This document shows positions 1 through 8,514 of a stretch of 32,835 bases of DNA, piece after piece. A model generated the notes under the pieces. That model saw only the letters and a program-made list of their open reading frames with translations, made no database searches and was not told where the DNA came from. Source of the DNA: Pyramidobacter sp. (GTDB lineage Bacteria; Synergistota; Synergistia; Synergistales; Dethiosulfovibrionaceae). Made by a program: the position numbers and the translations under genes. How positions within the stretch are numbered: the first letter of the stretch is position 1; every line of letters begins with the position of its first letter. The stretch covers positions 1 through 32,835 of the forward strand of contig JAEEUD010000001.1 of assembly GCA_016286835.1 (NCBI GenBank). The letters are read 5' to 3'.

Positions 1-157
1 CAATCAGCAGCTTCGTGAGCGCGCCCTGTCCCGGCCCGATCTCCAGAACGACATCGTCCGGGCCGAGTTCTCCGGCTTCGAGACTGCGACGCAGGACTTC
101 CGGATTGGTCAGGAAATTTTGCCCAAGACTTATTCTGTGGTCGAAAAAAGAAGGCAT
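1..157 (-). CDS. rsmA: 16S rRNA m6,2A dimethyltransferase RsmA/KsgA, N-terminal part (runs off the left edge)
   Basis: Manual translation from ATG at 157: MPSFFDHRISLGQNFLTNPEVLRRSLEAGELGPDDVVLEIGPGQGALTKLLI, with the LGQNFL and VLEIGPGxG motifs; GAGG RBS upstream on the - strand. Not in the ORF track. Confidence 0.93.
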   Translation of the reverse strand, partial: MPSFFDHRISLGQNFLTNPEVLRRSLEAGELGPDDVVLEIGPGQGALTKLLI

Positions 158-177
158 GATGGAAACCTCACAGGTAT

Positions 178-206
178 AAAAAAAGCGGATGCAAACGCAT
201 CCGCTT
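178..206 (-). terminator. Intrinsic terminator after tRNA-Pro
   Basis: Hairpin aagcggatgc-aaac-gcatccgctt with an A-run at 178-184, which is the U-tract on the - strand. Confidence 0.8.
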
Positions 207-214
207 GAGTGAAC

Positions 215-292
215 TGGTCGGGACGAGAGGATTCGAACCTCCGACCACCTGAACCCCATTCAGGTACGCTAGCCAGACTGCGCTACGTCCCG
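215..292 (-). tRNA. tRNA-Pro (anticodon GGG)
   Basis: Reverse complement CGGGACGTAGCGCAGTCTGGCTAGCGTACCTGAATGGGGTTCAGGTGGTCGGAGGTTCGAATCCTCTCGTCCCGACCA: anticodon arm CCTGA-ATGGGGT-TCAGG, GTTCGAATC T-loop, encoded CCA. Confidence 0.97.
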
Positions 293-307
293 CTCACAAC
301 ACTGCGT

Positions 308-336
308 ATTATAGTCATGCGTGATACGCCTGTCAA
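308..336 (-). promoter_or_regulatory. Sigma70-type promoter for tRNA-Pro
   Basis: - strand TTGACA (336-331), 17-nt spacer, TATAAT (313-308): a perfect consensus just upstream of the tRNA. Confidence 0.85.
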
Positions 337-478
337 GCCCGAAATTTCGGTAAAATTATCAGATGAAAATATCATCGTCACGATGTACAATAGCCAGCGG
401 GAAGTTTGGCTTATTTTGCACTTCCGGAAAATAAGTTTGCAGGATTTACATAAAACAGAAAGAAATGAGGGATCCTTC

Positions 479-1570
479 TTGAAACTTGGAATCGTCGGCC
501 TGCCGAACGTCGGCAAGAGCACGCTGTTCAATGCGATCACCGCCGCAGGGGCGGAGGCCTCGAATTATCCTTTCTGCACGATCGAGCCGAACGTCGGCGT
601 CGTCGAAGTACCCGATCCGCGGCTGAAAGTGCTTGGCGAAATGTTCCATTCCGCCAAGATTACGCCTGCTGTTGTCGAGTTTTACGACATTGCCGGCTTG
701 GTTAAAGGCGCAAGCAAGGGCGAGGGACTTGGAAACAAATTTCTCGCCAATATCCGCGAAGCCAGCGCGATCGTTCAGGTCGTCCGCTGCTTCGATGACC
801 CGAATGTCGTCCATGTGGAAGGTTCTGTAGACCCGCTCCGTGATATTGAAACGATCGAACTGGAGCTGATCCTCTCCGATCTGGAAATGGTCGAGCGCAA
901 TCTTGTCAAAGTCGAAAAGCTTGCCAAGGCTGACCGCAAGCTGGCGCCGAATCTTGACCTCCTTCGCCGCGTGAAGGACGTGCTGGAAGCTGGAAAGCTT
1001 GTGCGGACGATCGATTTGACCGATGAAGAGAAGAATTATCTGCACGGTCTGAATCTGCTCTCCGACAAACCCATGCTCTACGTTGCCAACATCGCCGAAG
1101 ACGAAGCCGGCAGTACCGAGCTGAACGACTACGCCTGCCGCGTTCGTGACCATGCCGCGAAAGAAGGCGCCGAGTTCGTAGCGATCAGCGCAAAGATCGA
1201 AGCCGAGATCGCTGAACTGGACGAAGCTGAAAAGCAGGAATACCTCGAAGCGCTCGGACTGAAAGAAGCCGGCCTTGACCGACTGATCTCGGCTGGTTAC
1301 CGTCTCCTCGGATTGATCTCGTTTTTGACGGCGGGCGAGAAAGAATCGCGCGCCTGGACGATCCGCCGCGGCACCCTTGCCCCTCAGGCGGCCGGAACGA
1401 TCCACAGCGATTTTGAGCGTGGCTTCATCCGTGCCAAAGTCGTCAGCTATGATGACCTGATCGCCTGCGGTTCGCTTGCCGAGGTCAAGGCTAAGGGGCT
1501 GCTTCGTTCCGAGGGCAAGGAGTACGAGATGAAAGACGGAGACGTCGTTGAATTCCTTTTCAACGTCTAG
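479..1570 (+). CDS. ychF: Ribosome-binding ATPase YchF (Obg family)
   Basis: GIVGLPNVGKST, NYPFCTIEPN, DIAGLVKGASKGEGLGNKFL, C-terminal TGS domain (EGKEYEMKDGDV). Start placed at TTG 479 after GAGGG; the track start at 209 overlaps tRNA-Pro. Confidence 0.97.
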   Translation: MKLGIVGLPNVGKSTLFNAITAAGAEASNYPFCTIEPNVGVVEVPDPRLKVLGEMFHSAKITPAVVEFYDIAGLVKGASKGEGLGNKFLANIREASAIVQVVRCFDDPNVVHVEGSVDPLRDIETIELELILSDLEMVERNLVKVEKLAKADRKLAPNLDLLRRVKDVLEAGKLVRTIDLTDEEKNYLHGLNLLSDKPMLYVANIAEDEAGSTELNDYACRVRDHAAKEGAEFVAISAKIEAEIAELDEAEKQEYLEALGLKEAGLDRLISAGYRLLGLISFLTAGEKESRAWTIRRGTLAPQAAGTIHSDFERGFIRAKVVSYDDLIACGSLAEVKAKGLLRSEGKEYEMKDGDVVEFLFNV

Positions 1571-1617
1571 TATAACGTTTCCTGAAAAATATATTTACAG
1601 AAAGGTCAGTGTTTACC

Positions 1618-2058
1618 ATGCCTATGCCAATGCAGATCAGTCTTGACGAAGTTCTTTCGATGCTTTTGTCGCGCGTGGACGCGATGACAATGGCCAACGA
1701 GAACATGAAAAGCAAGTTCAACATCCTTGCCCGTGCGCTCTATAAAAAGGGACTGCTGAACGATGACGACATCCTCCAGTCGGTGAAAGACGAGCATCAG
1801 CTGCTTGTCGATCTCGGTGCGATCAAATCGATGCCTGATGAAGCAACGCTGAAGTCGATCGCCGACAACGTCACGCAGTGGGTGAAAAACGATGCTGAAG
1901 CGATCAAAAAGAGCATGATGGAGTACGAGGCAAAAGTCAAGGCGATGATCGAAGAGGAAGAAAAGAAGCCGCGTCTTGACGTCGCTTCGGCCGCCGACTT
2001 GCAGCGTCTTGACCGCATGAGCGGCAAAACGCAGGGGAGCCGGCTGATCGTTCCTTAA
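1618..2058 (+). CDS. Hypothetical helical cytoplasmic protein (about 146 aa)
   Basis: ORF with host-like codon usage filling the gap between ychF and the next gene, AGAAAGG RBS at 1599-1605. Start uncertain (GTG 1609 or ATG 1618). No family recognised. Confidence 0.75.
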   Translation: MPMPMQISLDEVLSMLLSRVDAMTMANENMKSKFNILARALYKKGLLNDDDILQSVKDEHQLLVDLGAIKSMPDEATLKSIADNVTQWVKNDAEAIKKSMMEYEAKVKAMIEEEEKKPRLDVASAADLQRLDRMSGKTQGSRLIVP

Positions 2059-2079
2059 ATCATCCGGAACGTATGTAAC

Positions 2080-3963
2080 GTGAAAACGGGACTGATCTTG
2101 AACACTCCCAATGAACCAACGGGGAGATTGAAAAAGTATGCAGCTCGTCTCGTGAATTTTTGGCGCGGCTGCGGCTCAAAAGCCGGCTCAGTGGCTCTGA
2201 TCGATGCGGTGCTGTTGTGCGTTGCCGTGTATGTCAGCTACGCGCTGCGCTTTTCGATCTTTCTTGGCGAGAGCGTGAACTACGGCTTCGCACCTGTCCT
2301 ATTTGTGTACATAACGGGTGTTTTGCTGTCCTTCGCGCTCTTCGGCGTTTATCGCGTGTACTGGCTGCAAACGAGTCTGGAAGAGCTTATTTTGCTGTTA
2401 AAGGCGTATCTTTTGCCCTGTGCGTTTTTCACAGCGGTGTACTGTCTGTTTGATGTGCCGTTTGTCGTGCCTCGCAGTGTCATCGGTATGTTGCTGTTAG
2501 GCGGTTTTGCACTTCTGGCTTCGGTGCGCGTTTCCTGGCGGCTGACTTCACTTGCGGCTGCGGCACCCCGTCCACGCCGTGCACTGATCGTCGGGGCGGG
2601 CGAAGCCGGCGTGACGCTGGCACGTGATTTGAGACGTAATAAATCTGATCTGGAAATCGTTGGGTTTCTTGATGACGACGCGGCGAAAAATGGCAAAATG
2701 ATCGCTGGTTTCCCCGTGCTCGGGGGACTGGAAAAGATCGCCGAGATCGTTCGCGAGCGACGTGTCAGCGACGTACTCGTCGCTCTCCCGTCGGCTCCCG
2801 CTGCGCGCGTGCGGCATATCCTCAATCAAGCCGTGCCGATGGGCGTGAACCTGCGTATGCTGCCATCTCTGCGCGAGCTCGCCGGCGGACTGGTAACGAC
2901 GAACACGCTGCGTCCCGTCAAACTTGAAGATCTGTTGCAGCGCGACCCCGTGTCGCTTGATTCCGATCGGATCGGCGCACTGTTGGGCGGTAAAGTCGTG
3001 TTGATCACCGGTGCCGGTGGAACGATCGGCAGCGAGATCGTCCGTCAGATCCTGCACTATAGGCCTTTACGGCTTGTTTTGCTGGGACATGGTGAGTTTT
3101 CGATCTATTCGCTGCTGGAGGAGCTCTTGAGCCGGGAAATCGAGAGCGAACTGGTGCCCGTCATAGCTGATGTCGCTGATCGGGAAACGCTGGCGGCAGT
3201 GATGCAAAAATGGCGTCCGAGCGTGATTTTCCACGCCGCGGCGCACAAGCACGTTCCGCTGATGGAAAGCAACGCTCACGAAGCCATACGCGTCAATTGT
3301 CTGGGTACGTGGAACATTGCCGATCTGGCTGGCGAGCTTGGCGTCGAACGCTTTGTGATGATCTCGACGGACAAGGCTGTCAATCCCAGCAGCGTGATGG
3401 GGGCCAGTAAGCGCATCGCGGAAATGTCGGTGATGGAACTAGCCGGTAAATATCCTTCTACAGCTTATATGGCCGTACGCTTCGGCAACGTCCTTGGCAG
3501 CCGTGGCAGCGTCGTACCGAAGTTCGAGCGGCAGATCGCCGCAGGCGGGCCGGTGACGGTGACGCATCCGAAAATGCTCCGATATTTCATGCTCGTGCCT
3601 GAAGCAGCCGGTCTTGTGCTGCAAACGGCAGCGATCGGGACGAGCGGAAAGATTTACGTCCTTGATATGGGCGAGCCTGTCAGCATCCTTCACGTAGCCG
3701 AAACGTTGATCCGCCTGAACGGATATGAGCCGGGACGAGATATCGAGATCCGTTTTACGGGGATTCGTCCTGGAGAGAAGCTGTTTGAAGAGCTCTTTTA
3801 CGATCCTTCACACGTGGACTGTACCGAACACAGAAAAATCTTCAGCGCTCATATCAGCGAAGTTCCCAGTGCCGATATGTTCGCAAGGATCAAAGGGCTC
3901 CTGAACGGAAACTGCACCCCGGAAGATATTTCTGCGGTCGTCCCTGAATACCAGCCTTTGTGA
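2080..3963 (+). CDS. Membrane-anchored nucleoside-diphosphate-sugar 4,6-dehydratase/epimerase (CapD/PglF/WbpM family)
   Basis: Four N-terminal hydrophobic helices, IVGAGEAG and GFLDDD in the middle domain, then an SDR domain with ITGAGGTIGSE, FHAAAHKHVP, ISTDKAVNP, MGASK, VRFGNVLGSRGSV, GIRPGEKLFEEL. Exact start uncertain. Confidence 0.92.
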   Translation: MKTGLILNTPNEPTGRLKKYAARLVNFWRGCGSKAGSVALIDAVLLCVAVYVSYALRFSIFLGESVNYGFAPVLFVYITGVLLSFALFGVYRVYWLQTSLEELILLLKAYLLPCAFFTAVYCLFDVPFVVPRSVIGMLLLGGFALLASVRVSWRLTSLAAAAPRPRRALIVGAGEAGVTLARDLRRNKSDLEIVGFLDDDAAKNGKMIAGFPVLGGLEKIAEIVRERRVSDVLVALPSAPAARVRHILNQAVPMGVNLRMLPSLRELAGGLVTTNTLRPVKLEDLLQRDPVSLDSDRIGALLGGKVVLITGAGGTIGSEIVRQILHYRPLRLVLLGHGEFSIYSLLEELLSREIESELVPVIADVADRETLAAVMQKWRPSVIFHAAAHKHVPLMESNAHEAIRVNCLGTWNIADLAGELGVERFVMISTDKAVNPSSVMGASKRIAEMSVMELAGKYPSTAYMAVRFGNVLGSRGSVVPKFERQIAAGGPVTVTHPKMLRYFMLVPEAAGLVLQTAAIGTSGKIYVLDMGEPVSILHVAETLIRLNGYEPGRDIEIRFTGIRPGEKLFEELFYDPSHVDCTEHRKIFSAHISEVPSADMFARIKGLLNGNCTPEDISAVVPEYQPL

Positions 3964-3972
3964 GACTGTGTC

Positions 3973-4458
3973 ATGCGACAGAGACGGCAGGGTTTTTCGC
4001 TTGTCGGGATCTTGATCGTGCTTGCGTTGTTTCTCACAGCTGCGGCTTTTCTGCATACGGCGCTGCCTTTTGAAAACGAAGCATCGCTCGTTCGGCACGA
4101 CATTGCAAAACTGGAACGCTGGCTGGCCTCGGCTCTGCTGCGCTCTGATCGATGGAAATGTTCGTTTACCCTGAGCTTCGTCATGCCGCAGTCAGCGTCT
4201 TCGCGTCATCGTGTGACGCTGAGGTGGCTGGACGGAAGTCTTTCATCGCAGAAGAACGAGACGTTCTATGCGGCGCAGGGCGTGCGCTGGCGCTTGCAGG
4301 GAAACGCTACGAGTTCGACCTGGCAATGGAACACGCACACACTCTCACCGGCGTTGACGCTATTGGCGCTGAACGCGCGCGGAAAACTGACCGGCGATTC
4401 TCTGACGATTTCGTTGCGGGGGCAGATCACGCGGCGTTCGGCCGGGAATATAATGTGA
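3973..4458 (+). CDS. Prepilin-like (class III signal peptide) protein, putative minor pilin/pseudopilin
   Basis: N-terminus MRQRRQG|FSLVGILIVLALFLTAAAFL: basic leader, G|F cleavage site, hydrophobic helix; Gly replaces the usual Glu5. C-terminal LTISLRGQIT beta motif resembles FimT/GspH-like pilins. Confidence 0.6.
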   Translation: MRQRRQGFSLVGILIVLALFLTAAAFLHTALPFENEASLVRHDIAKLERWLASALLRSDRWKCSFTLSFVMPQSASSRHRVTLRWLDGSLSSQKNETFYAAQGVRWRLQGNATSSTWQWNTHTLSPALTLLALNARGKLTGDSLTISLRGQITRRSAGNIM

Positions 4459-4494
4459 CACGTTAAGAACAGCAAATATGAGGAGGCCTTTTTT

Positions 4495-5064
4495 ATGGCG
4501 ATAAAACAGTGGTGGAGCGATGTCACCGCTCCACTTGTCAGATACTGGGAAAAAATCGTTCCCTGGGGCTGGCTGCGCGAGGCGATTGAGACTGTTGTCT
4601 GGGCAGTCGCGCTGGCTTTTCTGCTGAAGGCTTTTGTCGTCGGCAATTTCTGGATCCCCAGCGAGTCGATGCTTCCTACGTTGCTTGTTGGTGACAGAGT
4701 GATCGTGTGGAAATTTGAATATCTTTTACGTAAACCCAAACGCGGCGACGTGATCGTTTTCAAATATCCCAAAGACACCAGCCTTGATTACGTCAAGCGC
4801 CTTATCGCGCTGCCCGGAGACGAGGTCGAGATCAAAAACGGTGTCGTCTGGATCAACGGTGCGCAGACAGACGAGCCCTATGTCACATTCCATGACACGT
4901 ACAACTACAAGGCGACCGTACCGGCCGATTCATACCTCGCGCTCGGCGATAACCGTCCCAATTCAGCCGACAGTCGCTTCTGGGGCTTCGTTCCGGCCAA
5001 GAACGTCTACGGTCCTGTGAGCTTCCGTTACTGGCCGCTCAACAGGATCGGGTTGGTGAAGTAA
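4495..5064 (+). CDS. lepB: Signal peptidase I
   Basis: IPSESMLPTL (catalytic Ser), YVKRLI (catalytic Lys), GDNRPNSADSRFWG; GAGGAGG RBS. Confidence 0.96.
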   Translation: MAIKQWWSDVTAPLVRYWEKIVPWGWLREAIETVVWAVALAFLLKAFVVGNFWIPSESMLPTLLVGDRVIVWKFEYLLRKPKRGDVIVFKYPKDTSLDYVKRLIALPGDEVEIKNGVVWINGAQTDEPYVTFHDTYNYKATVPADSYLALGDNRPNSADSRFWGFVPAKNVYGPVSFRYWPLNRIGLVK

Positions 5065-5936
5065 TGGCTGGCAGAACCGCCTGGTTCCCCGGGCATATGG
5101 CCAAGGGAACCAGACAGCTTGAAGATATTTCCAAAAAACTGGACGTGATCGTCGAGGTCCGTGACGCCAGAGCACCGGAACTGACTGCTTCGCCCGTGAT
5201 TAAAAGACTGGCAGGGCGTAAGCCGGTGTGGATCGTCATGACGAAGAAGGATCTTGCCGATCAGGACGTCACTTCGCAATGGCTGAGTTTTTACAAGGGC
5301 AAAGGACGCGAGGCCTGGGCGCTTGACCTGTTGTCCCGTCAGATCGGGCCGCTGCGCCAGGCTTTTTCGCGATGCAAGCCGTCCTATCGTGAACTGCGTG
5401 TTGCCGTGGTCGGTATTCCCAACGTAGGCAAGTCGGCTCTGCTAAATCTGCTCGTTGGCAAAAAGGCGGCCGTCGTCGGCGGCATCCCAGGCGTCACACG
5501 CGGCGTCTCGTGGTATAAAGGCGGCGATTACCTCGTCGTTGATTCTCCCGGTATACTCGATCCCCGTTCCGGTGCGGCTGTACAGAAAGCGCTTGCCTGG
5601 CTTGGCTGCTCAAAGGCCGATGTGATCGGCGGCTATGATACGGTTGCCTGTTCTCTGATCGACTATTTGCAGCGTCAGAACCTCTGGCATTTTGTCGAGG
5701 AAAAATGGGGCGTTCCCGCCGATCCTGGTGACACGGTCGCTGTGCTTGAAGGTATCGGGCGTCGCCTTGGATGTCTTGTCAGCGGCGGAAATGTTGATTT
5801 TACGCTTGCCGGCCGTCGTTTCCTCGAGTCGTTCAGCACCGGAAAGGTCGGACGGGTTTCTTTGGAGACGCCTCTTTCGCGCGCGGCCGACGCTTTGGCT
5901 GCCGAAGATGACGAAAGCCTGGAAGACGAAGAATGA
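5064..5936 (+). CDS. rbgA: Ribosome biogenesis GTPase RbgA/YlqF
   Basis: WFPGHMAK N-terminus, EVRDARAP, circularly permuted G motifs (TKKD before GIPNVGKS, PGVT, DSPG). Confidence 0.94.
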   Translation: MAGRTAWFPGHMAKGTRQLEDISKKLDVIVEVRDARAPELTASPVIKRLAGRKPVWIVMTKKDLADQDVTSQWLSFYKGKGREAWALDLLSRQIGPLRQAFSRCKPSYRELRVAVVGIPNVGKSALLNLLVGKKAAVVGGIPGVTRGVSWYKGGDYLVVDSPGILDPRSGAAVQKALAWLGCSKADVIGGYDTVACSLIDYLQRQNLWHFVEEKWGVPADPGDTVAVLEGIGRRLGCLVSGGNVDFTLAGRRFLESFSTGKVGRVSLETPLSRAADALAAEDDESLEDEE

Positions 5937-6493
5937 TTCTTGCCGGCGTTGACGAAGCAGGACGCGGGCCGCTGGCAGGCCCGGTTGTCGCCGCGGCGGT
6001 CATCCTGACGCAAAGCCAGAAGGACGAAATGCGCATGCTTGGCCTGCGCGATTCGAAGAAAATGACGCCGCTGAGGCGTGAAAAAGCATTTGCCAAAATG
6101 CTCGAGCTTGGCGTCGTATGGCGTGCACAGGCTGCCGTTGCAGAACGGATCGACAGAGACAACATTCTTCGCGCGACGCTTTGGGCAATGCGGCGGGCTG
6201 TTGAGCGGCTGCCTTTTCGTCCCGACGGCGTCATCGTCGATGGCAATCAGGAGATCCCTTCTCTGGACTGCTACCAGCAGGCTGTCATCGGCGGCGACGA
6301 TCTTTATGCTGAGATCTCTGCCGCGTCCGTTGTCGCAAAGGTTTTGCGCGACCGTGTGATGTGCGTTTATGACGTGATTTACCCCGAATACGGTTTTGCC
6401 AAGCACAAGGGATATGGCACTGTCGCGCACAGGCAGGCGATCGCAGCGCTTGGTCCGACTCCGATCCATCGGCGAAGTTTCAACTGGAAATAA
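5933..6493 (+). CDS. rnhB: Ribonuclease HII
   Basis: AGVDEAGRGPLAGPVV, LRDSKK, VDG, ISAASVVAKV.RD, HKGYGT, HRRSF. Confidence 0.97.
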   Translation: MILAGVDEAGRGPLAGPVVAAAVILTQSQKDEMRMLGLRDSKKMTPLRREKAFAKMLELGVVWRAQAAVAERIDRDNILRATLWAMRRAVERLPFRPDGVIVDGNQEIPSLDCYQQAVIGGDDLYAEISAASVVAKVLRDRVMCVYDVIYPEYGFAKHKGYGTVAHRQAIAALGPTPIHRRSFNWK

Positions 6494-6632
6494 AAGCTTG
6501 AAGGATGAAAGCGAGGCGAACGCTTTGAGACAACTGATGCTGCGTTTTACCGATGCTGTGACAAGAGCCGTTCGCCCCGAACGTCGGCAGCGGGAGGAGG
6601 CGCGCGGTGTTCTCTTGCCTGAAGAGCGTAAT

Positions 6633-7019
6633 ATGTTCGGCGCTAGGGATCGCGCTCGTATCGGCCGCTGGGCAGAAGACCGTGCGGCCGATTTTTTGGT
6701 TGCCCAGGGCGTGCGAATCATCGATCGCAATGTGCGGGAACGTTTTTCAGAGATCGACATCGTCGGCAACGACGGGGGAGAACTGATTTTTGCTGAAGTT
6801 CGCTGCCGTCGTGCCAACTCTGTGATGACTGCACTTGACACGCTTGGTCCGCAAAAGTGGCGCCGGCTGGCGCGCGGCGCGGAGCTTTACGTTCAGCGTG
6901 TCTGTTGGAAGGGAAACTGGCGTGTCGATCTCGTGGCTGTGGATGTAGAAAATACAAATTGGCGGCTCAAATGGTATCGTTATCTTGAAATGGAGGAGGT
7001 GGACCGCTATGGCTGCTGA
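6633..7019 (+). CDS. yraN: YraN family (UPF0102) PD-(D/E)XK nuclease
   Basis: GRWAEDRAADFL, RN, EIDIV, LIFAEVR, RVDLVAV; typical position between rnhB and comM. Start uncertain because the frame is open further upstream. Confidence 0.88.
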   Translation: MFGARDRARIGRWAEDRAADFLVAQGVRIIDRNVRERFSEIDIVGNDGGELIFAEVRCRRANSVMTALDTLGPQKWRRLARGAELYVQRVCWKGNWRVDLVAVDVENTNWRLKWYRYLEMEEVDRYGC

Positions 7020-8514
7020 AATTCAGGGGATCACGCTGCGGGGCGTCGAGGCCTTGCCTGTTGAGGTCGAAGCGGAAATCACCTCCGGAATGTTCTCTTT
7101 TTCCGTCGTCGGCCTGCCTGACGCTGCTGTGAGAGAGTCGCGTGAACGTGTTCGTGCGGCTCTTCGCGAGTTGGATGTGTCGATCTACGGACGGATCGCC
7201 GTCAATCTTGCACCTGCGGATCTGCCTAAAGAGGGCAGTCTGCTTGATTTGCCAATAGCGGTTGCTCTGGCGGCGGAAAAAAAGTTTTTTGCTCTGAAAC
7301 AAGCTGCGATTTATATGGGCGAACTGGCGCTCGACGGACGCGTGCGCCCTGTGCGCGGCGCAGTTCCCGCGGCTATGCTGGCGCGCGCACTGAAACTGCC
7401 GCTGTTCTGTCCTGTTGGCAATTCTGCAGAGGTGGCGTTGGTAGACGGAGTTGAAGCATACGGCGTACCTACGTTGAAAGATCTTCTTCTTCATCTACGC
7501 GGCGAATCTTCATTATCCCGTGTGGACAAGAACATGCCGCCGGACGTGCTTGGCGCTGTGGAGCCTGATTTTGCCGACGTTCGCGGACAGTCTCAGGCCA
7601 AACGTGCGCTTGAGATCGCCGCAGCGGGACATCACAATATCCTCCTTGTCGGTTCGCCCGGAAGCGGCAAGACAATGATGGCACGCGCTCTGCAGGGAAT
7701 CTTGCCGCCATTATCCGATGACGAGTTTCTTGAGACGCTGCTGATCCGCAGCGCCGTCGGACTGCCGGCACCAAGTGATCGCCGTCGTCCGTTCCGGCAG
7801 GTGCATCATACCGCAAGCACGGTTTCCATCTGCGGCGGCGGCAGCGATATCCGTCCCGGCGAAGTCAGTCTAGCACATCGCGGAGTGTTGTTTCTGGATG
7901 AGTTCACGGAGTTTCGCCGCGATCTGATCGAAGCGTTGCGCCAGCCTCTGGAAGACGGCTTCATTACTGTCAATCGCGCTTCGGGCAGCGTGACGTATCC
8001 AAGCCGTGTGCTCCTGGTCCTTGCCGCTAATCCCTGCGCCTGTGGCTGGCGCGGCGATCCTGTCGAACAATGCCGGTGCAGCAGCGTCGAACTGGAACGC
8101 TATCGCCGCAAATTTTCAGGGCCCATGCTTGACCGTGTCGATCTCTACGTTTCTGTCCCGCGTCTCACACCGCAGGAGCTGCTTGAGCTGAACAATGCGA
8201 CGGGCGAGAGCAGCACAGATATCCGGAAACGTGTCGTGCGGGCGCGTGCGATTCAATGGGAACGTAAAAAACTGACCGGCGCAGAATGTAATGCAGAACT
8301 TTCGGAGCGTCAGTTGAAGAACAATGTCGCTCTCAGCGCTAAAGCGCGTCAGTATTTGGCTTCAATGGCAGAACGGCTGCGCCTGTCCGGCCGCGGTATG
8401 AGCCGTGTGCTTCGCGTCGCCCGTACGATCGCCGATCTTGCGGGCTCTCCGGGCATTGAGGCCTCCGCTGTCGCAGAGGCGATCGCGTATCGTGACGCGG
8501 GGGTGCTGGAATGA
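7009..8514 (+). CDS. comM: ComM/YifB Mg-chelatase-like AAA+ ATPase (transformation helicase)
   Basis: VGLPDAAVRESRERVR, VNLAPADLPKEG, GELALDG, GSPGSGKT, HHTAS, PGEVSLAHRGVLFLDE, ANPCACG, LRVARTIADL; GGAGG RBS before ATG 7009. Confidence 0.95.
   Translation: MAAEIQGITLRGVEALPVEVEAEITSGMFSFSVVGLPDAAVRESRERVRAALRELDVSIYGRIAVNLAPADLPKEGSLLDLPIAVALAAEKKFFALKQAAIYMGELALDGRVRPVRGAVPAAMLARALKLPLFCPVGNSAEVALVDGVEAYGVPTLKDLLLHLRGESSLSRVDKNMPPDVLGAVEPDFADVRGQSQAKRALEIAAAGHHNILLVGSPGSGKTMMARALQGILPPLSDDEFLETLLIRSAVGLPAPSDRRRPFRQVHHTASTVSICGGGSDIRPGEVSLAHRGVLFLDEFTEFRRDLIEALRQPLEDGFITVNRASGSVTYPSRVLLVLAANPCACGWRGDPVEQCRCSSVELERYRRKFSGPMLDRVDLYVSVPRLTPQELLELNNATGESSTDIRKRVVRARAIQWERKKLTGAECNAELSERQLKNNVALSAKARQYLASMAERLRLSGRGMSRVLRVARTIADLAGSPGIEASAVAEAIAYRDAGVLE

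Noticed and set aside
209-478. 90-aa N-terminal extension of YchF in the ORF track
   Set aside because: It overlaps tRNA-Pro and its promoter on the opposite strand; YchF homology and an RBS begin at TTG 479.
1432-1443. YchF reads GFIRAKV instead of the common GFIRAEV
   Set aside because: A single substitution, possibly natural variation or a base error; nothing further can be inferred.
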